Shown here: one piece after another, positions 50,171 through 63,674 of the stretch | How positions within the stretch are numbered: position 1 is the stretch's first letter | How the letters are laid out: the number at the start of each line of letters is the position of its first letter | Assembly (NCBI RefSeq): GCF_006345805.1 | Contig: NC_042999.1 | Span: 16,430,001-16,494,000, forward strand | Source of the DNA: Octopus sinensis | Taxonomy: Eukaryota | Direction of reading: 5' to 3' | DNA length: 64,000 nucleotides | The notes under the pieces: model-generated | What the model was told of the DNA's origin: nothing | What the model saw: only the letters and a program-made list of their open reading frames with translations | The model's database searches: none | Made by a program: the position numbers and the translations under genes

Positions 50171-50679
50171 TCAAATCTTATATATTTGTATCATATTGCT
50201 TAAGATAATTTGTGACTAGGAATGGTATACATTTTCTATATAATCGGATCTTCATTTACAGGGTTTTATTTCATTTAAGTAATATGGTTTGTATGTGGCT
50301 TGTTTATTGTAACTCACCCATTTCTGTACTATTCTATAATTGGTTCTACTTAATTATCCAAATATCCATTAAGAATTAGCATTTGTTTAATTTTATTAAC
50401 TTCTTATGGTAGTGCTTCATCTGTTAAGGAAAATCAAATCACTCATCAGAATTAAGATTTTACAAGTAATGTTTTATATTTATATGGGAATTCACTATGT
50501 TCACTTATCTAAAAGCCATTAATTGTATACTTTGTCTAAACGCAAGTAATATATTTATTATTTATTAATTATTTATTATATCTGTATTTACGCCTAAAAA
50601 TGGAGGTTAATGAGTCGCCTTAAGCGATTTGGGATATTAAAGTGCGGGATAGATTTATTTTCCCAGCCATACCCTCATA

Positions 50680-51020
50680 CTGTCAACTACTTTCTAATAT
50701 GTCTGTCAGAATGAATATTTGTCGAGGCACCAGGTGGGAATTGTAATATTGTATTCTTTTATGACCAGATTTTCGAAGCTGGTCATGTAGAATACTGCAA
50801 ATGTGAGACGACGCAGATAACCCATAGCCACAGCGTTGTTCTCATTGCATTCAATGCCCTGTAGATAGTCATGCAGAGCTGTATTTACTTCTTCATAAAG
50901 TTTGATGTGTGGGAGGATGGCTCAATGCTGGAGTTTGTAAACATTTTCCCGTATTATATCAGTTGCATACCCCAGAGAAACGTTAGTGAAAAGCTGTTCT
51001 GCGACAATGGCACTCCTCTG
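50680..51020 (-). pseudogene. Possible decayed hAT-type transposase fragment
   Basis: One frame reads ENVYKLQH*AILPHIKLYEEVNTALHDYLQGIECNENNAVAMGYLRRLTFAVFYMTSFENLV, loosely like the region after the TRW motif; weak. Confidence 0.3.
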
Positions 51021-51325
51021 CAAAACAATTACTATGAAAAGAAATTCTTAAAATAAAACAAACGCCAGTCAATAATTGCTACACAAATTATTTATTTAGG
51101 TGTTTGTCTCTTTTGTACACAATCCCTATGAATGCATTGATCCATATTCTATATTTCCTGTGCCCATTGTTTAATATTTGGGTTGGTAGAATCGATAAAG
51201 CACCGAAAAAAAAAAAACGATTTGCCGTATTCGTTTCGGCTCTTTACATTCTGAGGTCAAATCTCAGTGAGCTTAGCTTTGTCTTTCATCCATCCAGGTT
51301 CGATATGATAAAGACTAAATAAAGG

Positions 51326-51833
51326 GGATATTTTCAATTTGACCGGCAGATTTAAAAAATAATTTTTTGTAACTAAACACTTTTAAAATTCGTATGCTGG
51401 TAGAATGTGTCACATAAAACATCTTTTTCTCTTGGCGTTCTTGAGAAAATTCTGTAGTTTGTAAGCTATTTGTTGTTAAATTTCTCGTATTTAAAAGCAA
51501 ACGAAAATACTAAACAAAATAACAATTAACAAACAAAATAAACCGAAGGGCTCTCATAAATAACAGTGACAAACGAAATATACACAGCCGGAAGTTGTTG
51601 TTGACAAACAACAGCAGTAATTGTATTCACCTCAATAGACGTCATTGATTGGTTGAAATTGCCGAAATACGAGAAATTTAACAACAAATGGCTTACAAAC
51701 TACAGAATTTTCTCAAGAACGCCAAGAGGAAAAAGATGTTTTATGTGACACATTCTACCAGTATACGAAGTTTAAAAGTGTTTAGTTACAAACAAATTAT
51801 TTTTTAAATCTGCCGGTCAAAGTGAAAAGATCC
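51326..51833. mobile_element. Merlin-like MITE with about 165-bp TIRs and 8-bp TSD (AATAAAGG)
   Basis: TIRs 51326-51492 and about 51665-51833; AATAAAGG at 51318-51325 and 51834-51841. Confidence 0.9.
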
Positions 51834-53744
51834 AATAAAGGACTGGGATCGATGTCATCGACTAAACACCTCTCAAGATTTCCGGCCTTGGACCTTATAT
51901 TAAATTATGTTTCTAACGGTGAAGTGGTAGGAAAATATGGAGGAACAAGCAGCATAAACGTTTGGCAAAAACTAGGGGAATTTAGTTCATGCTTTTGAAA
52001 AGACTAATAAAAAACAAGAGCTAAAGAAGACGGCCAGCAGTGTAAATCATTTACTAATTGCTAATTGCTTCGGGGGGTTTGCATTATTAGTATTATTTTC
52101 TAATTGCTTGCTGTTTATGTATTGTTGATTTTGAGAAATATCGCTCTGACAATTTGTGTAATTCAGCTCATATAACGTAGAGTGAATTTTCTTTCTCTAC
52201 TGGAGGACGGAAGAATCGCTATTTGTGTATTTACAACACTAATTAACTTTTAAGCTTAATCATTAATTAAAGAATGTTATCTTTTTAAAGACTTAGGAAT
52301 TTCGTGTTTGTATAGCTTGTTCTTATCATCTTTGAGTATTACGATTTTGTTGTTGATGTTCATATCATGCAAAGCTTGTTTAAGTTACAGGTTAAGTACT
52401 GTTTTTTTTTTATGGCAGTTGCGTATGCATCTATGCTTATTGCTTTCATTCCAGAGTATTTGGATCTCTGTAACTACTTGGATTTAGCTAGAGGTCTATT
52501 AGAGTAGTTTGCATTCTGATTTCTTATGGTTTTAGCAAAATATCTCCAGAAAAAAAAAACCTACAGATAAACTTGTAACATAAATACTTATATACTTTAT
52601 CAAGGTATTACTGTGTAGTTAAGGACGTAGTTTTAAGACTGTTCGGTTGTGGGTTATAGCTTCGCATTTGAGTACAATTTCGTAAATGGAAACTCTGCGG
52701 AAGCTGATCGTCAGCCATGTATATATGTGTGTGTGTGTATTTGTTTGCGTATGTGTGTGTGTGTGCGTGCGTGTGTGCTTGGGGGTAATGCCGAGTGCAC
52801 GAGGATTTCATTTCCCAGTCTCATTCACGCTTCTCTTTCTGTCATCACTTCTACACATATACTCGAAAAGGTCTGCTTCTTTATTTACACGTTCTGTTTT
52901 CCTTAATACCGACACCAATATATATATATATATAGTCAATGTAAATATATATATATGTATACATATATATATATATATTATAAAATCCGTTCTGTCTGTT
53001 TGTGTGTGTGTCTTCTAGGATCTCGGGCATCCTCCATCCGATTGAGCTCAAATTTGATATGTAGATACCGACGGTAACAGGGCGTGTTTAAGTCTTGAAA
53101 AATTTACAAAAATCGATTCCAGGTGAGAATGCGATCGATAAACCATTATTTGGAAAAGAAAAAAGTCTATCTTTATTTCTTCTTTTGCTGGTGTCTTAAA
53201 TTTAGGTTAAATCAGTGTTTCTCAAAGGGGAGGCCTATGGGGCGGTCGGACAAGCTGTTTTGAGAAAATTTGGTTTAAATGTTTGACAACTCAGCACTGT
53301 CCATTGGATGGGGAGCGTTTTGCTCGTATGTATATATATAAAACGTTAAAACAGTTTTTCGAACGATACCTCCTCTCAGTTATGGATAATTTCTTGTCAC
53401 CCTGATCCTCACGCATGGAACCAGTAACTGTCCCTTTGTAAACTTGTAACGGGCGACTCTACTGTTCCCGGGAAGCAATACTTCAGGGACTTAAAAAAAT
53501 ATGGTAAAAACAATAAACATATAAACAGAAGCAGAACTCAAAATCCGAACCAAAAACTGAAATTTCTCTGCGTGATAGAGGAAAAACAAAACAAACTAAA
53601 GACAAAATATGACAAAATCGTTATATCATCGAAACATGATAAGAGGAGGTTATTTTTACTGTGGAAATATAACGACAATTAAAAATTTCAATGATAACAG
53701 AAACTGTATGAGAAATAACGAAAGCTAACACACATTAATTCTAG

Positions 53745-54450
53745 TCTACACTAGGTACAAAGCCAGAAATTTTGGGTGAGGGAGCCAGCCGATTAGCTCG
53801 ACCCCAGTATGCAACTGGTATTTAATTTATCAACCCCGAAAGGATAAAAGGCAAAGTCGACCTCGGCGGAATTTGAACTCAGAACGTGAAGACAGAGGAA
53901 ATACCTATTTCTTTACTACCCACAAGGGGCTAAACACAGAATTTGAACTCAGAATGTAACGGCATACGAAACACTGCTAAGCATTTCGCCCAGCGTGCTA
54001 ACGTTCCTGCCAGCTCGTCGCCACGTTTTGAGTTCAAATTCTGCTGTGGTCGACTTTGCTTTTCATCCTTTCGAAGTCGATTAAATAAGTACCAGTTACG
54101 TACTGGAGTCGATGTAATCGACTAACCACTTTCCCTAAAATTTTCAAGGTCTTGTGCCTAGAGTAGGAATAGTAATTAAAAAGAGAATTATTAACAAATT
54201 AATTACGGAAGTTGTGGCACAATAAAGGAACTTTATTAAATTGGTTTCAATTTCTGGCACAGGGCCAGCAACTCCAGAGAAGTGGGTAGGTCGATTAAAT
54301 CGACCCCAGTGCTCACTTGATACCTACTTTATCGATCTCGAAAGAGTGAACGGTAAAGTCTGTCCCCGGCAAAATTTGAACTCAGAACATAAAGCCGAAC
54401 TAAATGCTGCTAAGCACTTTCCCTGGCGTGCTAACGATCCTGCCAGTTTG
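53745..54450. mobile_element. Cluster of SINE family A fragments, mixed orientation
   Basis: Family-diagnostic motifs. Confidence 0.8.
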
Positions 54451-54539
54451 CAATATGAAAGGACTCTGTTATATGAAGGAGAATTTAAAGTAAATGATAT
54501 ATATTATATGTATATATATGAAACTGACTTATTGGAAGT

Positions 54540-54582
54540 CCACCTGAAGATTGTCGATCAAGACAAGAAACGATTGTAGTGG
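54540..54582 (+). ncRNA. Minimal type I hammerhead in terminal-repeat fragment 54500-54770
   Basis: CCAC-CTGAAGA-TTGTC gatcaa GACAA-GAAAC-GATT-GTA|GTGG. Confidence 0.75.
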
Positions 54583-54756
54583 CGGTTTTTTTTACTATTT
54601 ATTAAAATTTTATGTTTTGATTAAGTCTTTCCTTGTTTGTTTTGCAAAATAGTGGTTTTGTCTCTAATAATATTTTATAATATTTTACTATAAAATTGGA
54701 TTTAATCCTAAATCTGATTTTTTCCCTGTAAATTTGGATTTATTCCCTAATATTTA

Positions 54757-54845
<89 letters not shown>

Positions 54846-54857
54846 TTAGAGGCAATG

Positions 54858-55368
54858 ATTAAACCTCTGAGCGAGAAGTAAACAGTAGCAGTACGGAATC
54901 GTAAAATATAGTTTCTAATGAAATGTGGCGGTCCCATAGAGAACGATGCTACTGTTGTTTTTAGCCCCAGGAGGACAATTCCTCCAGCTGTCTAACAACA
55001 AACTATCTGTGCCTGATTAGTATTTGCGAGGGGAAATCATTGTTCTCATCTCTAGTCTTAAGTGATGCACACAGACCCGTGTTTCTGGGTAGTAACCCCT
55101 CAGCAATATGTGATAATTATGAGTGATCAAAACTCATTCCACACGCAAAATACTATATGTATTTCACAGGGACAAACTGTCGCTGGTCTCGAAAAAGTAG
55201 AAATAAGCAAATTAAATCTCTGATCGAGAAGTAAACTGTAGCAGTACGGAATCGTAAAATATAATTGTCAACTAAATGTGGCGGTCCCATGGAGGATGAT
55301 GCTACTATTGTGTTTAGCCACAGGAGGACATCTCCTCCAGCTGGCTAACAACACACTGTGTCCGATTA
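54858..55368 (+). repeat. Two diverged about 160-bp direct repeats (54858-55019, 55211-55368) with hairpins
   Basis: Shared GAGAAGTAAAC.GTAGCAGTACGGAATCGTAAAATATA...AATGTGGCGGTCCCAT...GATGCTACT...TTAGCC.CAGGAGGACA..TCCTCCAGCTG.CTAACAACA. Confidence 0.85.
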
Positions 55369-55379
55369 AAAACAATGCA

Positions 55380-57700
55380 TGGAATAATGAAAGTTTTCAA
55401 GAAGTAGAAAGGTATCCCGGCAAATAAATAAAAACAAAAGCCTGCCAAATGGTTACAGATATAACCAAAGAATTTCAAGTTGATCACGATAAATACAGCA
55501 ACATACCGAACGATATAAAGAACGTTGCTGGTTCATGGAGAGAATAGTGCGAAAAACTTTACAGCCATAAACAGGTGATAGGTAGGTAGGTAGTCTAGTA
55601 TTAAGAGGGGAAATTTCCTTTAAAATACATGAAAATCCGGATATTACTTCTGAAGTCACTGGAACAATCAGAAAACTAAACTAATAAATCACCCTCAACA
55701 TATAACTTAAATGAGAACAGTCAAGTTATGGAGGTTAATTATATTTTCGTTAAACATGCTAGAGTGTTTTAGAAGAATGACCGAAGAAATGGCCTGAACT
55801 AATTGTTATTGTATTTCCAAAGTAAAAATTACATCAAAATTTGCGTAAACAAACGCAGAATTAGTTTGATTAAGCATCTCGGCAAGGCTTTGTCATATAT
55901 TTTATCTACTTGAATGAAACGGTAAAAAATGATAGTAGAACACAGACTGGTTTGCAAGAAGGGAGAAATAACCCTGAGTGGATTTGTAATGTCAGCATTC
56001 ATGAAGAAAAATATACGGAAGTCTAGTAAGATCTTTATGAAGAATCAAATGACTGTAAAAAAAGATATTTATCTTACGTGCCATGGGAATGATGTGTTAT
56101 AATGAGAAAGTATAACTACAGCCTGGAAGTAGTAAATGTTGGTTTTATATTTTAGCACAAGGCCAGCAATTTCGTGGAGTGGGGCTCAGTCGATTACATC
56201 GGCCCCTGTGTTCAACTGGTACTTATTTCATCGATTCCGAAAGGATGAAAGGCAAAGTTGACCTTGGCGGAATTTGAAATCAGAATGTAAAGATGGTCGA
56301 AATGCTGCTAAGCGTTTTACCTGGGATGCTAACGATTCTTTTCTACTAAAGGCACAAGGCTTGACATTTTAAGGGAAGGTACTAGTCAATTATATCGACC
56401 CCAGTGTTTCACTGGTACTTAATTTATCGACCCCGAGAGGATGAAAGGCAAAGTCGACCTCGGCGGAATCTGACCTCAGAACGTAGCGACGGGCGAAATA
56501 CCTATTTATTTACTACCCACAAGGATATAAGCACAGAGGGGGCAAACAAGAACAGACAAACGGATTAAGACGATTACATCGACCCTAGTGCGTAACTGGT
56601 ATTTAATTTATCGACCCCAAAAGGATGAAAGGCAAAGTCGACCTCGGCGGAATTTGAACTCAGAACGTAACGGTAAACGAAATACAGGTACGCATTTCAC
56701 CCGGCGTGCTAACGTTTCTGCCAGCTCGCCGCCTTAGTAGTAGTAAATATAAAGGTAGTTGGGTGTTCAAAACGTCTGGTTTTTGTAGGAGATCGAACTA
56801 AACAAAAGCAAACAAGAAACTAGTTTAAAACAACAGTTAGTGTCTGACAAGAAGTGTTCATTGTGCTTCAATGTGTTACTGGAATATGAAATGACAGAAA
56901 GACATCATTTTTCTTTTCTTTTTTGTCTTTTGTTTTTGAAGAAAATGTTAAAAGTAAGATGTAAAGAAGTCAGTAATCTCTGCTTTACAGTTATTGATTT
57001 AATAGGACAAAATGAAGAACAACACGTCTTGATATAACATCAAGTTATGGAACAGAAATAAGTGCTGGAAAAAAAATATGAAGCAAAACCAAAATAATAT
57101 TAATTAATAAACACAAAACGAAAATGGTGAATCCAATTGAAACAGCAGGTAAAACGATCAAACAGGTTAATGAATTTAAACAACCAGGAAGAACAATAAC
57201 GGAAGGTGTGAGATCAAAGAACGAAGTAAATTGTCAGATCACAGCGGCTACATCGCCGATAGCAAGGTTAAATCTTGTTTGGGAAAATAAAAAGATTACA
57301 TTAACAACATAAATTCATGTTTTAAGAGTAATAGCAATTTCAGCTCCAGTTTATAGGTGTGAATCATGGACGTTAGATGCAAAAAGAGAAGAAAAAAAAT
57401 CATTAAAGTCTGGAATAAATTGTTACAGAAAAAAAATTTCGTATTCTATATTAGAGAGCATTGAACAAATGAATTTTATTAGGAAAGAAATTATTGGGAA
57501 GAGTGTGAGCCACGAAACTGTTCTCTCAATCGTCAAACAGGAAATGAAGGGATTTGGTTATGTAAGATGAAACTACGACTTCCTACTTTTAGCAAATACG
57601 GCCATGCTTTGTTAAACCACCAATAAGTGAGGCACAGAAAGACAATGATAGAAATGGTTCAGCAACGTCTGGAAATGGACAGGGAAGGACATGGGCGAAA
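55380..57700 (+). pseudogene. Decayed RTE-clade LINE RT, interrupted by SINE A array (56155-56735, -)
   Basis: WRE*CEKLYSH, NKRRISLIKHLGK, QTGLQEGR, IKQVNEFKQPGRTITEGVRSKNEV...ARLNLVWENKKITL, YRCESWTL. Confidence 0.8.
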
Positions 57701-57777
57701 ATATAATTAGAAAAGTCAGAACAGATTATTACATTCCTTTCTGTGCACCTATGATCTCTAAGGATTTCTTATTTCTT

Positions 57778-58185
57778 TATTGCTCTCAAGGGGCTAAACA
57801 CAGAAGGGACAGACAAAGACAAACAAAGGGATTAAGTCGATTAAATCGACCCCAGTGCATAACTGTAACTTAATTTATCGAAGCCGAAAGGATGAAAGGC
57901 AGAGTCGACCTCGGCGGAATTTGAACTCAGAACGTAGCGGCAGACGAAATACCTATTTCTTTACTACCCACAAGTGGCTAAACACAGAGAGGACAAACAA
58001 GGACAGACAAACGGATTAAGTCGACTACATCGACCCCAGTGCGTAACTGGGACTGAATTTATCGACCCCGAAAGGATGAAAGGAAAAGTCGACCTCGGTG
58101 GAATTTGAACTCAGAACGTAGCGGCAGACGAAATACCACTAAGCATTTCGCCCGCCTTGCTAACGATTCTGCCAGCTCACACCCT
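57778..58185 (-). mobile_element. SINE family A dimer
   Basis: Two units joined at GAAATACCTATTTCTTT. Confidence 0.9.
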
Positions 58186-58624
58186 TATCTCTAAGGATTT
58201 CGATGGATGGAACATAAAACTCAAACACAGTCGGGATTTTAACAATATGCTTTAAGAGTTTTGTTAATGATATAAACATTTGAATACATGTTATACTGCA
58301 GGGAATAGAATTCTGATACTTCTGGTAGAGCTTGTCGTAAGTGATATATAGAAGTTAGCACATTTCAGATACCAGCCTACAATAAATACAGAAACACTGG
58401 GAAGTTTTCTCTGTGAAGAGAGACATATAAGGTACAATCTGACAAAATAGCCCACCCAGAAAGTTACATAACGTTATATAATCCTTTCTCTGCGTAACAC
58501 TTTTAATTTTGACTCTTTATTTATATTTTCCGTTTTCAATACTTAACCTATCAACATTCTTCAATTTAGATTTGTGTGGTGTATTTAACTTTGTAATATT
58601 TTATCTAGACTAGCGGTATTTCGC

Positions 58625-59010
58625 CCGTCGCTACGTTCTGAAAAGCAGTATTTGCCCGTCGCTAGGTTCTGAGTTCAAGTTCCGCCGAGGTTGACATTGC
58701 CTTTCATCCTTTTGGAGTCGATGAAATAAGTACCAGTTACACACTGGTGTCGATGAAATTTCAGGCCTTGTGCCTATAGTAGAAAAGAATATTTTAGCTA
58801 GACTTAAAGAATGAACTGTTAGAATCGTCAGCAGTCTCGGAAAAATGCTTAGAGGCATTTCGTCCGCTTCTGCGTTCGGAGTTCGAATTCTGCCGAGGTC
58901 GACTTTCTCCTTCATCCTTTCGGAGTCGATAAAATAAGCACCAGCCCTCGAAATTTTGAGGAGCCCACCTCCCAAATCGATTGCCTGGTGCTAAAATTTG
59001 AAACCAGTAT
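58625..59010 (+). mobile_element. SINE family A fragments
   Basis: Family-diagnostic motifs. Confidence 0.75.
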
Positions 59011-59236
59011 TTGAGCTAGATTTTACAAAGATATGACTTACTATAATGCAAAAACGTAATAATTACTTTAATTAAAAATAATTCTTTATATTAATAGTTA
59101 TTGCCAAGCTAATATGGCAGTCCAGAAATATAACGACGAATGCTGCCGTTGATTAGCTCCAAGAGGCCATCGCCTCTAGCTAGCAATGTTACCTTCAAAT
59201 AGGGGAGTTCAGCCACTTCCTCTTGCTGGTCAGGCA

Positions 59237-59279
59237 TCTGCAGACTAGTTTCAGGGTATTTGCCCCTTATCAATGCAGA
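59237..59279 (-). ncRNA. Minimal type I hammerhead, U3-A8 core variant
   Basis: Minus: TCTGCA-TTGATAA-GGGG caaata CCCT-GAAAC-TA-GTC|TGCAGA. Confidence 0.82.
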
Positions 59280-59718
59280 ACAGCTGAACCCAGCAGGCGT
59301 CGCTAGTAACTGTCTGTTCGAAGGATTATTTACCTAAATTCAGTGCAATACATCCACTGGTTTTCAAAAACAGAAATATTAATATTTCTAAGTATCTCTA
59401 AAGAAGACTACGGCAGCGGTATTTACTTTAATTAACGTAATACTTTAATTAACATAATGTCAAATTAGCTACCCCAAAAGAAAGTAAATCTAAACAATTT
59501 ATAAATATAATCTTTACTCTCTGTCCACCATCTTCTTTTTCTCAATGGATATGAAGACTGAAGTATACACAGTGATTTAAAAATATTTTTCATCGTCAGT
59601 TCTAAGGTTTGATGTTGTTATCTGAATATACCTGAACTTGAATATTCCTTCAGCTGCATTGAACTTGAGATCATGAACACCATCCGTTAAACAGAAAGAT
59701 TATGAATTAATACATACA

Positions 59719-59754
<36 letters not shown>

Positions 59755-59756
59755 TA

Positions 59757-60146
59757 CTAGCAGTATCGCCTGGCGTTGCTCGGGTTTGTAAGGGAAATAA
59801 CTATATAAGCATTTTTAGAGAGTTATAGCCAAAAAATGGCAAAAAAAAAATGGAAAAAAAAATGATGGTAAATTTTTTTTTAAATCGTTGACTCATCGTA
59901 GACATCTTTAGAGAGTTACTTCCCTTATATAATAGCGAAAAATGTATTAAAATGGAAAAAAATGATGGTAATTCTTTTCTTAAATCGTAGACTCGTCGTA
60001 GACGCGCGCTAATACCCAGAAGGGCTCGATATGAATCACGACTATAAGATACCCGGTTTTGGTTAAACTGCACCGCAAAATGTGGGAGGAGTTAGGAATC
60101 TAAATCGTAGGAGACAGACACACAACTTCACTTTTATATATAAAGA
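59757..60146 (-). mobile_element. Non-autonomous Helitron, second copy
   Basis: Reverse complement of 6697-7093 family. Confidence 0.8.
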
Positions 60147-62344
60147 TATATACATACACGCACGCCCTCACGCATACAAACAGACACTTAAGCACATGTA
60201 TTTATGCAGGCATATGTATGTGTGAAAATCACAATCCCAGTTTATGGTTAAAAAATAAAGCGTCGTTTACGCATCATGTTTATTGCCGATGATCCAGGGC
60301 AACGTGGGTAATGAGTTAAAAAATCGCCATCATTTGTATTCGTTCATAGATGAATAAACTATTGATTAGAACATTTATAATGCCCAGTGCACTGGGTTCA
60401 GCAAGTTATTAGACATTTTATAGAGTATCAGATAAAATTTAAGAGAGAAGTTATTGTTGAAGTAAATTGTATGATTTATAATGATATGATTTACTTCAAC
60501 ACTTAATAGCAGATTTGCGGCACTTCGCGCAGTATTGAAAAGATTATGTACGAGAGATACAACCAAACTAGTCTGTTAATATATTATCAGCTTTAGTATA
60601 TATCTTACTCAGGCGGTATCTCTCCTATATAATTATTTCAATACTGTACGAAGTGATTCAACGCAGATCTATGATTTGCATCTCTCACAAGAAAGAGAAC
60701 CGAACTGGCTGGAGATAAACTACAAAACAAAGAGTTCATAATACGAGGCTAGCTAGTACACTATTCAATGTACATTTGCCTTGTTCAACTGTAGTTCTAG
60801 GTAGACGTTGAATGCTGAAATATACTAAATAAAACGGTGATGAGATCAAAGCTGAATATATTAATAAGTTGAATCAGTTTTATTCAATCGATGTCTCTTT
60901 TGAACATTAGTGAGTTTGTGTATTCGTTCTTGATTTCATGATAAAGAAAAAAAATAGAGAAAACATCAGTATATTATTATTGGTACCAGTCACGAAACAA
61001 ACCAAGAAAAAAAAAAAAGGTCTTAAGTTATCTTTTATATCTTAAAACTGAAATCTTGAATCTAAAACTTTTTTTTCTGCAAATCAAGCTTTTAAATTCC
61101 TACTACAAATTGTGTAGCTTTCGATTTATCTTTTCACTATTCTCTTTCAGATTAACTGACTTCCTTTTGCGTTATTCTTTCTGCATTCACTGTCATTTCG
61201 TTCCTGAAGTTAGTGATTTGATATGGCTTGCTAGATTTAGTTGGTCTTAAAGAATTTATCAAAGAGTAGAATAAATGAATGAATGCGAAAGTAAACAAAT
61301 AAATAAATAAATAAATAAATATGAAATGGGAACTAGAATCCTCATCTTTGTTTCTTTTCCACGTATAAACTCAATAATTCCTCTATGAAGAAAACAGAAA
61401 ACAGAAAAAAATTCAAACTAGATTTTCACGCTTTTACTCCCCGACTATGCCTGTGCTTTTCTCCCCAATATTTGTGATATCTATCTCAGCCGCTTGAATA
61501 ATTGCTTCGAATATAATTATCTTAAATGTTACAGACATGCTATACCATCTGTCATGTGTTGTGCAGAATTCACTGAGAGAAGCCTTTGGCATCCTGCTAT
61601 ATTTTCATAAAAAAGCAAACGAGCTACCCTAAACAAAAAAAAAAAATTAGCAAAAGCAAATACGTAAAACCTCCATTTGTTTTTGTTATCTTTGTTCGCC
61701 TTTCTCTTTCGATTTTATTTATAGCTATTTATTTCTGTTTTTATTGAAAGCAGACTGATATTCTATCGTTTTCAACAGGTTGCGGTCATGTTTTTCGTGT
61801 TCTTTTATCGTTATATGTTCGTAAATAGTTCTACAGTAATACTCAAAGATATGAAGTCTACAATACTGTTGGTTGCATGTATTTTCCCCAACATTCTTCT
61901 ATTTGCGAAGAAGTTTGACAAAAGTCATACTAAGCTACAAATGCTTCTGATGGAATTTACAATTTCGATAACTGCAGTTATTCACAGAACCGTAATAATA
62001 ATCAATATTTTCTGCCATTATTTGCTTATTTTTAGATCAAATTTTAAATTAAATTTTCGACTTATTAACAATGTATCATAAAAGTATCACGAACATGCGA
62101 TCTATTAAATGCATGATGCAGCTAACGTTTCCTTTGTTGTAACTATTACCAGCGAAATATCATTTGAATCGACTCCATTTATAAACTTCATAATTATTTC
62201 ATACCTATCCGGTGATGGTACTGAATTGTATAGACCTCGATGTAAACATAATCTTGTACGGTTTAAAATTATGAAGAATGCTTTATGCAGAATACAACGG
62301 AAGTAATATTGTAGTATTTATATACAGATAATATATCGGTTTTA

Positions 62345-62760
62345 AATTTTGGTACAAGGCTAGAAGTTGCGGTGGGAAGGACAAGTCGATTGCAGCAACT
62401 ACAGGACTCAACTGTTACTTATTCTATGAACTCAAAAAGGATTTGAACTTAGAGCATAATAACGAACGAAATGACGCTAAACATTTTGCCCGGCATGCTA
62501 ACGATTCTGCCAGCTCACCGCCTTAAATATAGATAACAGAATCTTTTCTACTATAGGCACAAAATATGAAATTTTGAATGAGGGCCTCTTTGATTACATC
62601 AACCCAAGTGATTAACTGATACTTATTTTATCGACCCTGAAAAGATAAAAGATAAAGTCGACCTCAGCGGTATTTGAACACAGAGTATAAAGACGGACGA
62701 AATGCTGCTAAGCATCTCCCCCGTCGCACTAACGTTTCTTTCAGCTGACTGCCTTAAATA
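62345..62760 (-). mobile_element. SINE family A fragments
   Basis: Family-diagnostic motifs, diverged. Confidence 0.65.
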
Positions 62761-62761
62761 T

Positions 62762-62929
62762 ACTCTTTTACATGTTTCAGTCATTTGACTGTGGCCATGC
62801 TGGAGCACCGCCTTTAATCGACCCCAGGACTTATTCTTTGTAAGCCTAGTACTTATTCTATCGGTCTCTTTTGCCAAACCGCAAACACACCAGCATCGGT
62901 TGTCAAGCGATGTTGGAGGGACAAACACA

Positions 62930-63015
<86 letters not shown>

Positions 63016-63152
63016 TACGACGAGCTTCTTTCAGTTTCCGTCTACCAAATCCACTCACAAAGTAGAAGACACTTGCCCAAGGTACCACGCAGTGTGACTG
63101 AAACCAGAACCAGGTGGTTGGTAAGCAAGTTACTTACCACACAGCCACTCTT
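62762..63152 (-). mobile_element. SINE family B, near complete (tail, CA/TA microsatellite, head)
   Basis: Tail 62765-62930, microsatellite 62925-63015, head 63016-63152. Confidence 0.9.
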
Positions 63153-63536
63153 GCGCCTATATAGAGATAATATATAAAAATATAGGACAATGTCGGACTG
63201 AATAAATTTACTTATAATTACTGAATGATGAGAGTTCAAATCTCACAGAGATCGACCAAAAATTTAAGTTCTCTGGTGCAGGAGAAGAACAAATAAGGTT
63301 ATCTACTGAGGTGGTTTTAATTAACCCACAACCGTTCTCAACAAATTTGTGACACATTTATCAAAAGAGCCCAACGTCACCTGTGACGCGGTTTACCTCG
63401 GTAACCTGCGTCACGCATTCGATAAGCATTCTAAGTGATTAGGTACTCACAAGAGAACATAATCGACTCCTGTATTCTTTTGACCCAGCGGCACATCGAG
63501 GGTGTCACAGATGGGGAAAAACAGAGGGCGAGGGAA

Positions 63537-63591
<55 letters not shown>

Positions 63592-63674
63592 CTACAGCCC
63601 AAACCACAGCTGTACCGCAAACGACAAGGCCACGCATCTTCACGACAATGTAATACATCAATATAAACATGAGA

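Noticed and set aside
53345-53392. Minus-strand CTGAGAG...CGAAAACTGTT hammerhead candidate
   Set aside because: Core mis-spaced and helices of 3 bp or less.
61788-62306. 97-aa and 65-aa ORFs in unique AT-rich sequence
   Set aside because: No recognisable motifs or splice context; lengths expected by chance.
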